DNA from: Corynebacterium glutamicum ATCC 13032
GTDB taxonomy: Bacteria; Actinomycetota; Actinomycetes; Mycobacteriales; Mycobacteriaceae
Assembly: GCF_000011325.1 (NCBI RefSeq)
Contig: NC_003450.3
Coordinates: forward strand, 2,790,001-2,822,000
Length of the DNA stretch: 32,000 nt
Direction: 5' to 3'
The position numbers and the translations under genes were made by a program. The notes beneath the pieces were generated by a model. The model saw nothing but the letters and a program-made list of their open reading frames with translations. It was not told the origin of the DNA and made no database searches. Positions 7,821 through 16,596 of the stretch are shown here, in pieces. How positions within the stretch are numbered: position 1 is the first letter of the stretch; each line of letters opens with the position of its first letter.

Positions 7821-8513
7821 ATGCTGTTGACTTTCAATGATGCTGCGGTGGATCCCCTCTGGAGGGGCCTGAATTTAGAGCTCCGACAGGGGGAATTTCT
7901 TGCGGTTTTAGGCCCCAACGGCGTGGGAAAATCCACGCTCATCGGTACGATTTTGGGCACCCGAAAACTCACCCACGGTTCGGTTAAAACTGATGCCCGG
8001 GTGGGTTATATTCCGCAACAACGAATTTTCGATGTCCCGTTGCGTGCCCGCGATATGGTTTCGCTGTCCGCGGCGCATGGCGTGGTTTCCAAAAGGGGAC
8101 CCGCGAAGGGTGACGTCGATAAGCTTCTTGCCCGCGTGGGCGCTTCCGGAATCGCCGATCGACGCGTCGGCGAGCTCTCCGGCGGGCAGCAGCAGCTCGT
8201 CCGCCAAGCCCAGGCCCTTGCCACGCGCCCGCAATTATTGCTTGCCGACGAACCCCTCCTCAGCCTTGACCCCGGCGTCGCGCAGCGCACGGTGTCCCTA
8301 TTTGGTGAATTGAAGGCCGAAGGCGTCGGCGTTGTTGTGGTCACCCACGATGTCAATCCACTAATGGGCCTGGTAGATCGCATTTTGTACCTCGCCCCCA
8401 ACGGCCACACCATCGGCACGGTTGGCGATGTCATGCAGTCCGAAAAACTCAGCGAACTCTACAACGCACCCGTCACGGTGGCTCGCATCAACGACAGAAT
8501 CGTGGTGGTTTAA
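7821..8513 (+). CDS. znuC: ABC-transporter ATP-binding protein (ZnuC-like, 230 aa)
   Basis: Walker A GPNGVGKST, signature LSGGQQQ, Walker B LLLADEP. Confidence 0.88.
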   Translation: MLLTFNDAAVDPLWRGLNLELRQGEFLAVLGPNGVGKSTLIGTILGTRKLTHGSVKTDARVGYIPQQRIFDVPLRARDMVSLSAAHGVVSKRGPAKGDVDKLLARVGASGIADRRVGELSGGQQQLVRQAQALATRPQLLLADEPLLSLDPGVAQRTVSLFGELKAEGVGVVVVTHDVNPLMGLVDRILYLAPNGHTIGTVGDVMQSEKLSELYNAPVTVARINDRIVVV

Positions 8514-9395
8514 GTGGATCTATCCACCTGGCTTTCCGACACCCAATATCTCATCAGCGTCGATTTCGTCCAGCACGCACTCATCGCCTCCGCGCTGTTG
8601 GGCCTGCTCTCCGGTGTGATCGCGCCGCTCATCGTGGTGCGCCAACAGTCCTTCGCAGTCCACGGCACCGCCGAACTCGCCCTCATGGGAGCCGCCGCCG
8701 CGCTGCTCTTCGGATTGAATGTAGGCGGCGGTGCAGTGATCGGTTCCGTGGTCGCCGCGATCCTACTGGCATTACTCGGCATGAAACAACAAGATTCCGC
8801 CGTCGGTGCCGTGATGAGTTTCGGACTCGGTCTGTCCGTGCTGTTCATTCACCTCTACCCCGGCCGAAGCTCCACCGCGTTCTCCCTGCTCACAGGGCAA
8901 ATCGTTGGTGTTTCCTCATCATCGCTGTGGATCCTTGTGGCAGTCACCGTGATCGTGGTTAGCGCCGTGGTGATTTTCTGGCGCCCGCTGCTTTTCGCCA
9001 GCGCCGATCCGATCATGGCGCAGGCCTCCGGAGTAAACGTCCGATTCATCGCCGTTGCCTTCGCAGTTCTGGTTGGCCTCACCACGTCCCAGTCCGTGCA
9101 GATTGTCGGTGCGCTGCTGGTCATGGCATTGCTGATCACTCCCGGCGCGGCCGCTGTGGCGGTGACCGCCAATCCAGTGAAAGCCGTGGTGCTGGCAGTC
9201 ATCTTCGCGGAAGTATCGGCTGTCGGTGGCCTGCTATTGTCGCTAGCGCCTGGTTTGCCGGTGAGTGTTTTTGTCACCACCATCTCTTTTGTGATTTACC
9301 TGGTCTGCCGCCTGATCGGTTGGCTCCGCGGCCGTGGAGCTCAGCGTGACGAAGATGCTTATCGACGCCGCCAGCACGATCACCACCCTCACTAG
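8514..9395 (+). CDS. znuB: ABC-transporter permease (ZnuB-like, ABC-3 family, 293 aa)
   Basis: GTG start immediately after the znuC stop. Highly hydrophobic multi-span protein. The His-rich C-terminal end is HDHHPH. Confidence 0.85.
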   Translation: MDLSTWLSDTQYLISVDFVQHALIASALLGLLSGVIAPLIVVRQQSFAVHGTAELALMGAAAALLFGLNVGGGAVIGSVVAAILLALLGMKQQDSAVGAVMSFGLGLSVLFIHLYPGRSSTAFSLLTGQIVGVSSSSLWILVAVTVIVVSAVVIFWRPLLFASADPIMAQASGVNVRFIAVAFAVLVGLTTSQSVQIVGALLVMALLITPGAAAVAVTANPVKAVVLAVIFAEVSAVGGLLLSLAPGLPVSVFVTTISFVIYLVCRLIGWLRGRGAQRDEDAYRRRQHDHHPH

Positions 9396-9430
9396 GCGTT
9401 TCGAAGTCCTATTTCAAGGGTCCACTTAAA

Positions 9431-9444
9431 AGGGGAAACCAGAC
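9431..9444. repeat. Left copy of the 14-bp target-site duplication AGGGGAAACCAGAC
   Basis: Identical 14-mer in direct orientation at 11163-11176, immediately outside the IS termini. Confidence 0.75.
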
Positions 9445-11162
9445 TGTTTTGTGTCAGAGGGTTGTGCACACTCAGTGTCATGACCTTATGCACACTTAAT
9501 GCCATGACCTTGTGCATGCATAGTGTCATGACCTTGTGCACACCCCAGACCTACACCACAGGCATAGTCCTAGGCTGCTCACAATTGACATCATGCCTAA
9601 ACCCCTACCCCCAGAAACCCGACGCAAGATCATCGATTTCGATCCGTTCGCACCGAACAGCCCCTCGATCGAAGAGTTCTGCAGTCGGCTAAAAATATCG
9701 CGGCGCAGCTTCTACAACATCCGCAACCGATACCAACAAGACGCCAACGCAGCACTGCATCCACACTCCAGCGCCCCAATCACCGCCCGGCGAACGTACG
9801 ATGAATCCATCACCAGCACCTTGCTGTCCATCCGCGCACGCCTGAAAGCCCAAGGATGGGAGTACGGCCCGATCTCTATTCGATTCGAAGGCATCTCCAC
9901 CGGGGAACTGACTGCACCGATTCCATCTGTTTCAACCATTGCTCGTTTGTTACGCGCCGCAGGAGCTGTTGAAAGTAACCCTAAGAAGCGACCGAAGTCG
10001 TCGGTGGTGAGGTTTCAACGAGGTCAAGCCATGGAAATGTGGCAAATAGATGGTTTCATCTACACACTGCACGATACTGATCTGACTCGGGTAACGATCT
10101 ATCAAATCCTTGATGATGCCACTCGGTTTGATGTCGGAACCTGTGTCTTCCCCGCGAATGAAAACTCAGTCGATGCCCGAACAGCGCTAGAACAAGCGAT
10201 TGCTCATTTCGGTGCCCCGCATGAATTACTCAGTGATAACGGCTCAGCGTTTAACCGGATGCGGCAAGGATACGTCGGAAGCTTGGAAAGCTATCTCGCG
10301 ACGGTGGGGTGTTTAAGCATTACCGGCAAGCCTGGGCATCCTCAAACCCAAGGTAAAAACGAACGCAGCCACCGCACACTATTTCGTTTCCTTCAAGCTC
10401 ATCAACCACACACACTTGAGGAATGTGCGCACTATATTGAACAGTTCCGCGATCATTACAACAATCGTCGCCCGCATCAGGGGTTGCCGAATAATCTCAC
10501 CCCGGCCGCGGCCTGGGAGATTGTGGGCTGTGTGGAACAACAACCCCCGATTGATCCCGTCGTGCTTCAACAGCAAGCCGATCACTATGCCCGTCGTCGA
10601 ATTGAGAAGCAATCAGATGTCCCGCTTGTTCGGCAGGAGGAATCTGTTCCGGTGTCTAAGATGCAGCAGACCGAGCAACGTCGACGGGTACGTCGTTTTG
10701 GTAAAAAGCCGGTGGATCCTGATGTGTTTACGTTTGCTGGGAATAATCAGAAGGTGGTGTTCCAGGGGATGCGTATTTCTGTTCCTCGTACGATGAGGGA
10801 CAGGGAGTTTTATCGGACGGTGACGGCAACTGAGCTTGGTTTCTGGGATGCGATAACCGGGGAGCTTGAGTTGTCGATTCCGTTGCCGGTTGTGGCGATT
10901 GCCCGGGGTAAGTCGTATATCAATTCTTACAACATTCGTGGGGTGTGGATGCAACACCCGACACCGTTGTGGCAACGCAAACGTGATGAGGCTGAGAAGC
11001 GATTCAAGTCGATAGATCCGGGGGATCTTCTGCGCTAGAAACTTGTCCCGAGGGGCTGGGTTGGTGTGCACACTGCTGTGGCTTTGTGTGTGCACAACCT
11101 AGTGGGATAGGGCGTGCACAAGGATATGACATTGGGTGTGCACAACGTGCTGACACTTTACA
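9445..11162 (+). mobile_element. Complete insertion sequence (1718 bp), single rve-type DDE transposase, IS481-like
   Basis: Termini are TGT...ACA. Imperfect inverted repeats of about 50 bp: IRL TGTTTTGTGTCAGAGGGTTGTGCACAC... versus reverse-complemented IRR TGTAAAGTGTCAGCACGTTGTGCACAC.... Each end carries about four copies of a GTGCAC(A)-containing subterminal repeat; at the left end, three roughly 22-bp units contain CATGACCTT(A/G)TGCA. Flanked by a 14-bp direct duplication. Confidence 0.85.
9536..11038 (+). CDS. DDE transposase (integrase core/rve domain), 481-500 aa
   Basis: Catalytic-region motifs WQIDGF, LSDNGSAF, HPQTQGKNERSHRTL. The longest ORF starts at GTG 9536, inside a terminal repeat; ATG 9593 (MPKPLPPETRRKI) is an equally plausible start. 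Confidence 0.85.
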   Translation: MHTPDLHHRHSPRLLTIDIMPKPLPPETRRKIIDFDPFAPNSPSIEEFCSRLKISRRSFYNIRNRYQQDANAALHPHSSAPITARRTYDESITSTLLSIRARLKAQGWEYGPISIRFEGISTGELTAPIPSVSTIARLLRAAGAVESNPKKRPKSSVVRFQRGQAMEMWQIDGFIYTLHDTDLTRVTIYQILDDATRFDVGTCVFPANENSVDARTALEQAIAHFGAPHELLSDNGSAFNRMRQGYVGSLESYLATVGCLSITGKPGHPQTQGKNERSHRTLFRFLQAHQPHTLEECAHYIEQFRDHYNNRRPHQGLPNNLTPAAAWEIVGCVEQQPPIDPVVLQQQADHYARRRIEKQSDVPLVRQEESVPVSKMQQTEQRRRVRRFGKKPVDPDVFTFAGNNQKVVFQGMRISVPRTMRDREFYRTVTATELGFWDAITGELELSIPLPVVAIARGKSYINSYNIRGVWMQHPTPLWQRKRDEAEKRFKSIDPGDLLR

Positions 11163-11176
11163 AGGGGAAACCAGAC
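11163..11176. repeat. Right copy of the 14-bp target-site duplication AGGGGAAACCAGAC
   Basis: See the left copy at 9431-9444. Confidence 0.75.
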
Positions 11177-11305
11177 AGGCGTGACAAAAATCTAGATTTC
11201 CGCCAGGTTTTGGCACGCCTGTCCGGTTTAGGGGATTGGAAACCGGACACACGTGACAGAACTTCGAGTTTTTCGCCAATCTTGTCACGCCTGTCTGGTT
11301 TGCCT
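11163..11305. repeat. MITE/REP-like palindromic element: four copies of a ~20-bp unit AAACC(A/G)GACAGGCGTGACAA arranged forward-reverse-forward-reverse
   Basis: Units at 11168-11187 (+), 11210-11229 (inverted), 11240-11258 (+) and 11282-11301 (inverted). The outermost pair is a perfect 20-bp inverted repeat. The loop of the first pair contains the perfect palindrome AAATCTAGATTT. Confidence 0.7.
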
Positions 11306-11445
11306 CGAGAAGGGTGATTTCACGGCCAAGACTTCTAAAAGTTCGACCTCACAGAATCGCTTCTAAGGGCCTAAAGCTGCTCTCCCCAGAACTCACTACC
11401 CATATGGAAATCTCGACGCCTTAAACGCCTATGTTTCGAGGTTGC

Positions 11446-11547
11446 TTCTTAACAGCGATTTCACGGTTCCAATACCTCAAGCTCAATTTCTCAGCGGCGA
11501 TTTCGCTCGGTTTTCCCCGGTTTTCCGACCGAAATCGCTGTTAAGAA
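11446..11547. repeat. Perfect 17-bp inverted repeat TTCTTAACAGCGATTTC / GAAATCGCTGTTAAGAA separated by 68 bp
   Basis: Arms at 11446-11462 and 11531-11547, just downstream of the FAD-oxidoreductase stop. The interval contains the direct repeats CGGTTTTCC x2 and GATTTCACGG (also present at about 11316). Confidence 0.65.
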
Positions 11548-11555
11548 ATCGACAT

Positions 11556-13247
11556 TTAGGAGTTAGCCAGTTCTTTGCCCGCGATGTATCCGAATGCCAG
11601 CGCTGGGCCAAGGTTGATGCCACCTGCTGGGTAGAAACCACCCATGATGGAGGCACGATCGTTGCCTGCGGTGTAGAGGCCATCGATGATCGTGTCGTCA
11701 TCGCGGAGAACTCGTGATTTTCCATCGGCTTTGATGCCATCGAAGGTGCCAAACGAACCCGGAACAACTTTCACAGCGTAGAACGGGCCCTTTTCGATTG
11801 GTGCGAGTGATGGGTTGGGGCCGATCTTGGGGTCGCCACCGTACTTGTTGAATGAAGTGGATCCGCGACCGAATTCTGGGTCTTCGCCCCGGCGCGCGTT
11901 TTCATTGAATTCCGTGACGGTGGCGCGCAAACCTGCAGGATCAATGCCACATTTTTGGGCTAGTTCCTCGATGGTTTTGCCCTTTACCAAGTATCCAGAA
12001 CGCAGGTATGGGGTGAGTGGTACGGGTAGTGGCTTGGCCATTCCCAGTGGGTATTTGCGCACGAAGGTGGAGTCGGCGATCTGCCAGGATGCAACTGGTT
12101 CGCCTTCGGGGGCTGCTTTCAGCATGGCGTCAACGTAGTCGTAGTAGCCGTTGGCTTCATTGACGAATCGCTTACCTGTGGAGACAACACCGATGGAGCC
12201 TGGTTTTGCGCGGTCCATGATGTGGGGGAAGGTGCCGACTTTTCCGTTGAAGTATGGGACCAATGAAACAGGGCACCATGCTGCTGGGGATTTCAGGTCG
12301 TTGACAAAACCTGCACCGATTTCCCGAGCCATGGATAGTCCGTCGCCGGTGGTTTCTGCTGGCGCGAGGGTCCAGTGTTCTTGACCTGATGGGGTGCGTG
12401 GGAAGAGTTCCTTGCGCAGGTCAACGTTGTTGGGGAATCCACCAGTGGCGAGCACGACGCCGGCAGTGGCTTCGAAATCTACCAAGCCCTGTGGGGTTTG
12501 TACTTTCACGCCGGTAACGCGGTCGTTTTTGTAATTCAACGACACTGCGGAGTGATTGACCAGGAGATCAACGCCCAGCTTGTCTGCAGAGGTAGCCAGT
12601 CGAGCGGTGAGTGCTGCACCGTTGACCATCTGCATATTGCGTTTGTGCACGACCATGTCCCACATGTGCACGATGACGCGCCTGGCGGCATGTACCCAAC
12701 CACGTGGATCGAACTGTGAAGCAGAGAGGAATTTCGTCAGGTCAGGCCCAGCCATGATGCCCATTCCCAGGAAGGAGGTTTCATACAGCTGGTGGCGCAG
12801 TTTTGGAAGAACACTCTTGGGTACTTTGCGTCCGTTGAATGGTTTTGGCCCAACGGAGCGGTGTCCAGTGCCAGCACCGGGGAGGTTGCCGTAGATGTCG
12901 TTGATTTTCGCGCCGGGGGTCCACTGCAGGTCGGTGTTTTTTTCAAAGAAATCGACCATTTCAGGGGCTGCGTCCAAGAAGGCGGAGATGTTGTCTTCTT
13001 GGTAGTACTCCCCCACTACCGCTTGCAGGTAGGTTTGGAATTCTTCTTTGGATTCCACTACTCCGTCTTTGCGCGCAAGGCTGGTTCCAGGAGTCCAAGC
13101 CCAACCGCCGGACCAGGTGGTGGCTCCACCGAGTACTGAGGCCTTTTCAATTACAGCGACTTTCTTACCGCCGTAAGCTGCACTGACTGCAGCTGATAAT
13201 CCGCCAGCGCCGGAACCGACAACGATGACATCATATTGGTGTTTCAT
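11556..13247 (-). CDS. FAD-dependent oxidoreductase (KstD / fumarate-reductase-flavoprotein-like, 563 aa)
   Basis: N-terminal dinucleotide-binding motif YDVIVVGSGAGGLSAA...EKA. Intact ORF. Its ATG directly abuts the stop of the upstream gene. Confidence 0.8.
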   Translation of the reverse strand: MKHQYDVIVVGSGAGGLSAAVSAAYGGKKVAVIEKASVLGGATTWSGGWAWTPGTSLARKDGVVESKEEFQTYLQAVVGEYYQEDNISAFLDAAPEMVDFFEKNTDLQWTPGAKINDIYGNLPGAGTGHRSVGPKPFNGRKVPKSVLPKLRHQLYETSFLGMGIMAGPDLTKFLSASQFDPRGWVHAARRVIVHMWDMVVHKRNMQMVNGAALTARLATSADKLGVDLLVNHSAVSLNYKNDRVTGVKVQTPQGLVDFEATAGVVLATGGFPNNVDLRKELFPRTPSGQEHWTLAPAETTGDGLSMAREIGAGFVNDLKSPAAWCPVSLVPYFNGKVGTFPHIMDRAKPGSIGVVSTGKRFVNEANGYYDYVDAMLKAAPEGEPVASWQIADSTFVRKYPLGMAKPLPVPLTPYLRSGYLVKGKTIEELAQKCGIDPAGLRATVTEFNENARRGEDPEFGRGSTSFNKYGGDPKIGPNPSLAPIEKGPFYAVKVVPGSFGTFDGIKADGKSRVLRDDDTIIDGLYTAGNDRASIMGGFYPAGGINLGPALAFGYIAGKELANS

Positions 13248-13997
13248 TTAGACTGCTTCCTCAATTTTTTCTAACAGAGCTTGGGTGGTGTTGTAGAGGT
13301 GGTTGATCCATCCGGCGTCGCCACGAGAGGCTACTTCCCCATCGTTGGGGGTCTCCACGCTGAGTGGGACGTTAGAATCCAGGGCGTTGACAAAGGTCAG
13401 GAGGTTTTGTTCACCTTCGCCGGGAGCCAGACGCAGGGAGCGGGATTCTGTAACCAGTCCGTCGAGGTCAGCCGGGCGTTGCAGAGGGCTATCGCAAAGC
13501 TGGAGAACTCCTAGAACATCGGTGACGTCGGTGAGTTCTTCTGGGGTGGCTCCGAACCTGGCCATGTGCAAGGTGTCCGCCACGACTTTTCCGCCGGAGT
13601 CTCTGGCGATTGCTGCTGCCTGCGGAATGGAATGCACGCTGCGGTAAGAGATTGGCTCTAGGGCTGGGGTGACTCCGAAATCACGGGCATCGTCAACCAT
13701 GGCACCGATCGTGTCGGTCAGGGGCGCAATGTTGTCATCACCGGCGGCGATGGTGAAGGTTTTAGCTCCCAGTGCTCCGGCGGCTTCTAGTGCGGGAAGC
13801 CAGGCCTCGCGGGTGGTGTCTGCGTTTACCTGTAGGAATTCAGTGTCGAGCACATACAGGGCGGTTTCTTTCAACGCTTGTTGGGTTGCAGCCAGCAGTG
13901 GGGATCCTGGGGAAAGGTCATATACACGTTCGTTGGGGGTTACTGCGATGACGCGCAGACCGACAAAGGAGAAACCAGTGGCAGCTGCGAGGCGCAC
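13248..13997 (-). CDS. Sugar-phosphate isomerase/epimerase-like TIM-barrel protein (AP_endonuc_2 / xylose-isomerase-like); N-terminus apparently lacks a canonical start codon
   Basis: The ORF track starts at GTG 13997, which has no SD. The reading frame stays open upstream and encodes a family-typical N-terminus (SRQIGLAPLSSLSTPPDQL). There an ACG at 14055-14057 sits 8 nt after GGAAG, where an ATG would be expected. Confidence 0.55.
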   Translation of the reverse strand: MRLAAATGFSFVGLRVIAVTPNERVYDLSPGSPLLAATQQALKETALYVLDTEFLQVNADTTREAWLPALEAAGALGAKTFTIAAGDDNIAPLTDTIGAMVDDARDFGVTPALEPISYRSVHSIPQAAAIARDSGGKVVADTLHMARFGATPEELTDVTDVLGVLQLCDSPLQRPADLDGLVTESRSLRLAPGEGEQNLLTFVNALDSNVPLSVETPNDGEVASRGDAGWINHLYNTTQALLEKIEEAV

Positions 13998-14071
13998 TAG
14001 TTGATCAGGTGGTGTGGACAGGGAGGATAAAGGTGCAAGACCGATTTGGCGTGACGTTTTAAAAGCTTCCG

Positions 14072-15111
14072 TTAGATCAAAGAGACCGGCTGGTGGGTGG
14101 CTGCTGATTCGTAGACACCAAGGAGAACTTTCAGAGCTCTGGTGGCATCGCGGCCGGTGATCAGTGGTGGGCGGCCTTCGTTGAGCGCATCGATAAAGTC
14201 TGCGATCTGGGCGGTGTGATACGGGATCAAAGCACCGTTGATGATGGAAAGATCGGCATTGGGATAAAGATCCGCGGGGTGGGATGGGGTGGTTTCGACG
14301 GTGTCGTTTTCACTGCGAACAATGAGCCTGCCGTCGGTACCTTCAGGGAATTCCAGGATCGTCATGGTGGCACCCTTTGTTCCCATCACCTGCACTTGTG
14401 CGCCGAGTGCTGGCTCTGCGGCGGTGGTGGCTGAAATTGTGGCCAACGCGCCCGATTCAAAACGCACAGTGGCAACGGCGCTGTCTTCGACTTCGATGTT
14501 GTCGCCGTGTTTGAAGGAGTTGGTGTAGCCGAAAACTTCCACGGGTTCGCCCAACAGCCAGTACAAAAGATCGATGTAGTGGATGGCTTGAGTCATGAGC
14601 ACTCCACCGCCATCGGCTGCCCAGGTTCCTCGCCATGGGGTTGCTGTGTAATAGGAATGCTCTCGGTAAAGCGCTACCGTGCATTGGCCCATGACGGCTC
14701 CTTTTTCATTTTTTGAGCCGCGGGCCAGAAGCGGCGCTGGAAGAGCACGCCAAGTTGGACCCCTGCGGACTCGCAGGCATCGATCATGCGCTGTGCGGAA
14801 TCGAGTTCGATGGCGATTGGCTTCTCACAAAGCACGTGCACTCCGGCGGCAGCAGCGGCGAGGACCACTGTTTCGTGGGTTGGATGTGGGGTGCAGACTG
14901 CGACAATGTCCACCCCGGAGGCGAGGATCTCATCGACAGACGTGAAACTGGGAGAAATTCCATATTTCGCTGCGGTTTCCGATGCTTTCGCACCATCCAC
15001 ATCACAGACTGCGCTGACTTCTGCGCCGGGGATTGCCTGAACTGCTTCGATATGGTTTCGGCTGATTGCACCGCAACCGATGATGCCGACTTTCCAGATC
15101 TTGTCAGACAT
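14072..15111 (-). pseudogene. Gfo/Idh/MocA-family oxidoreductase split by a frameshift into a 145-aa Rossmann part and a 206-aa C-terminal part
   Basis: The N-terminal ORF (14674-15111) has KVGIIGCGAISRNH. The C-terminal ORF (14072-14692) has the family C-domain (WRGTWAADGGGVLMTQAIHYIDLL). The two frames overlap at 14674-14692, next to homopolymer runs at 14702-14706 and 14709-14714. Confidence 0.75.
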
Positions 15112-16460
15112 TATTTCTTCCCTAGATCTTCAAGCTTGGTGAAGGCGGTTTCCTTGGTGGTCAAAATAACTGCGGCAGACAGTGCGATTGCGCCGATGAT
15201 GAATCCCGCAACAGCTTCCCAACCGTTCCATGCGTACAGGGCGGTGGCGATGGTTGGTGCGAAACCAACGATGATCAGACCGAGCTGGTTGCCCATAGCC
15301 ATGCCGGTGTAGCGCACGGAAGATGCGAACATTTCTGGGAAGAAAATGGTCCACACGCCGTTCCAGCAGGAGTAGAACAAACCTTGGTTGACCAAGCACA
15401 GTGCGAAGATCAGCACAAGGTCAGCTTCAGAGATTGCCTGGAAGTAGAAGTAGGTGGTGATTGCACAGGTGATGGCCCCGAACAGCAAGACTGGCTTGCG
15501 GCCAATGCGGTCAGAGACCCACGCGGCCAAAGGAATCGTTCCGATGGAAAGCCCCAGCGCGATGGTGTTCACCATCACCATGAAGGAACGATCGATGCCG
15601 ATTTCGTTGGCGGCGTATGCCAGTGCGTAAACGTTGAAAGTGGTCTGAACAACGGCGAAGAAGGTGATCAGGAAAACTCGTGCGACATCAATGCCCTGGG
15701 TGCGCAGCACAGCCAAAGCCGGAGCGCCTGCGTCCTCTTCGGCCTTCTCAGTTGATGCTTCCTCCAGTCGGGTGCGCACGAAGTATGCGACAACTAAAAC
15801 CAGTGCGGAAAGCAGGAAAGGTACGCGCCAGCCCCATGACATGAGGTGTTCTTCCGGCAGCATCAAGAACGGGATAAATACCAAGCCAGCCAGGACGTTT
15901 CCAACTGAGCAACCCGCCATCACCGATGAGGTGAAGAATCCACGCTTGCCTTCAGGAGAATGTTCCATGGTCAGTGTGGATGCACCTGCAGCTTCTGCGA
16001 CTGCAGAGAATCCCTATGCGATGCGGGCGATCATCAACAGCACGGTCGCCCAAATGCCGATCTGTCCGTAGGTGGGCAGAAGTCCGATGGAAATGGAGGC
16101 GATACCCATGATCATCAACGTCACCATGAGGGCGGTTTTGCGACTGATCTTATCGCCAACATGTCCCATCACCAGACCACCGATGGGGCGCGCAATGTAC
16201 GCAACACCGAATGAGGCGAGAGAGCCGATCGTCGCGACGACTGGGTCGCCCTGTGGGAAGAAGAGGTGATTGAACAGCAGCGCGGAGGCGGTGCCGTAAA
16301 TGACAAAGTCGTAGTACTCCAGAGTCGAACCCAAAAGTGACGCCAAGGCGGCTTTCTTTGGGGACTTTGCTGGGCTTTCTGCCTCACGCAGCTTCAAAGA
16401 TGCAGTTTCAGGAGCGGCGGTTGCGGTCCTCACGGTTTCCATGTGATCACCCTTTCTCAT
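15111..16460 (-). pseudogene. MFS transporter (metabolite:H+ symporter type) interrupted by an in-frame TAG
   Basis: ORFs 16014-16460 and 15111-15968 are in the same frame. Reading through gives IARIA-TAG-GFSAVAEAAGASTLTMEHSPEGKRGF. The TAG (16014-16016) sits where the family normally has Gln (CAG). LEYYDFVIYG is an MHS-type motif. The likely start is ATG 16442, preceded by GAAAGGG. Confidence 0.75.
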
Positions 16461-16596
16461 TAAGAATCATGAACTTAATCACGTTTAATGTTCTTTAGAA
16501 TAGGTGTCACAAACACACAACCAAGTTCTTCCCATTCAATGGGAAGAGGTGGGTGTAGGGGCATTCACGCCAAATGGGCGCGTTCGAAATGCGAAC

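Noticed and set aside
16459-16479. ATTAAG-N9-CTTAAT dyad at the MFS gene start as an IclR operator
   Set aside because: It has only 6-bp arms and overlaps the first ATG of the longest ORF. With both the regulator and the transporter inactivated, there is no way to support a function from sequence alone.
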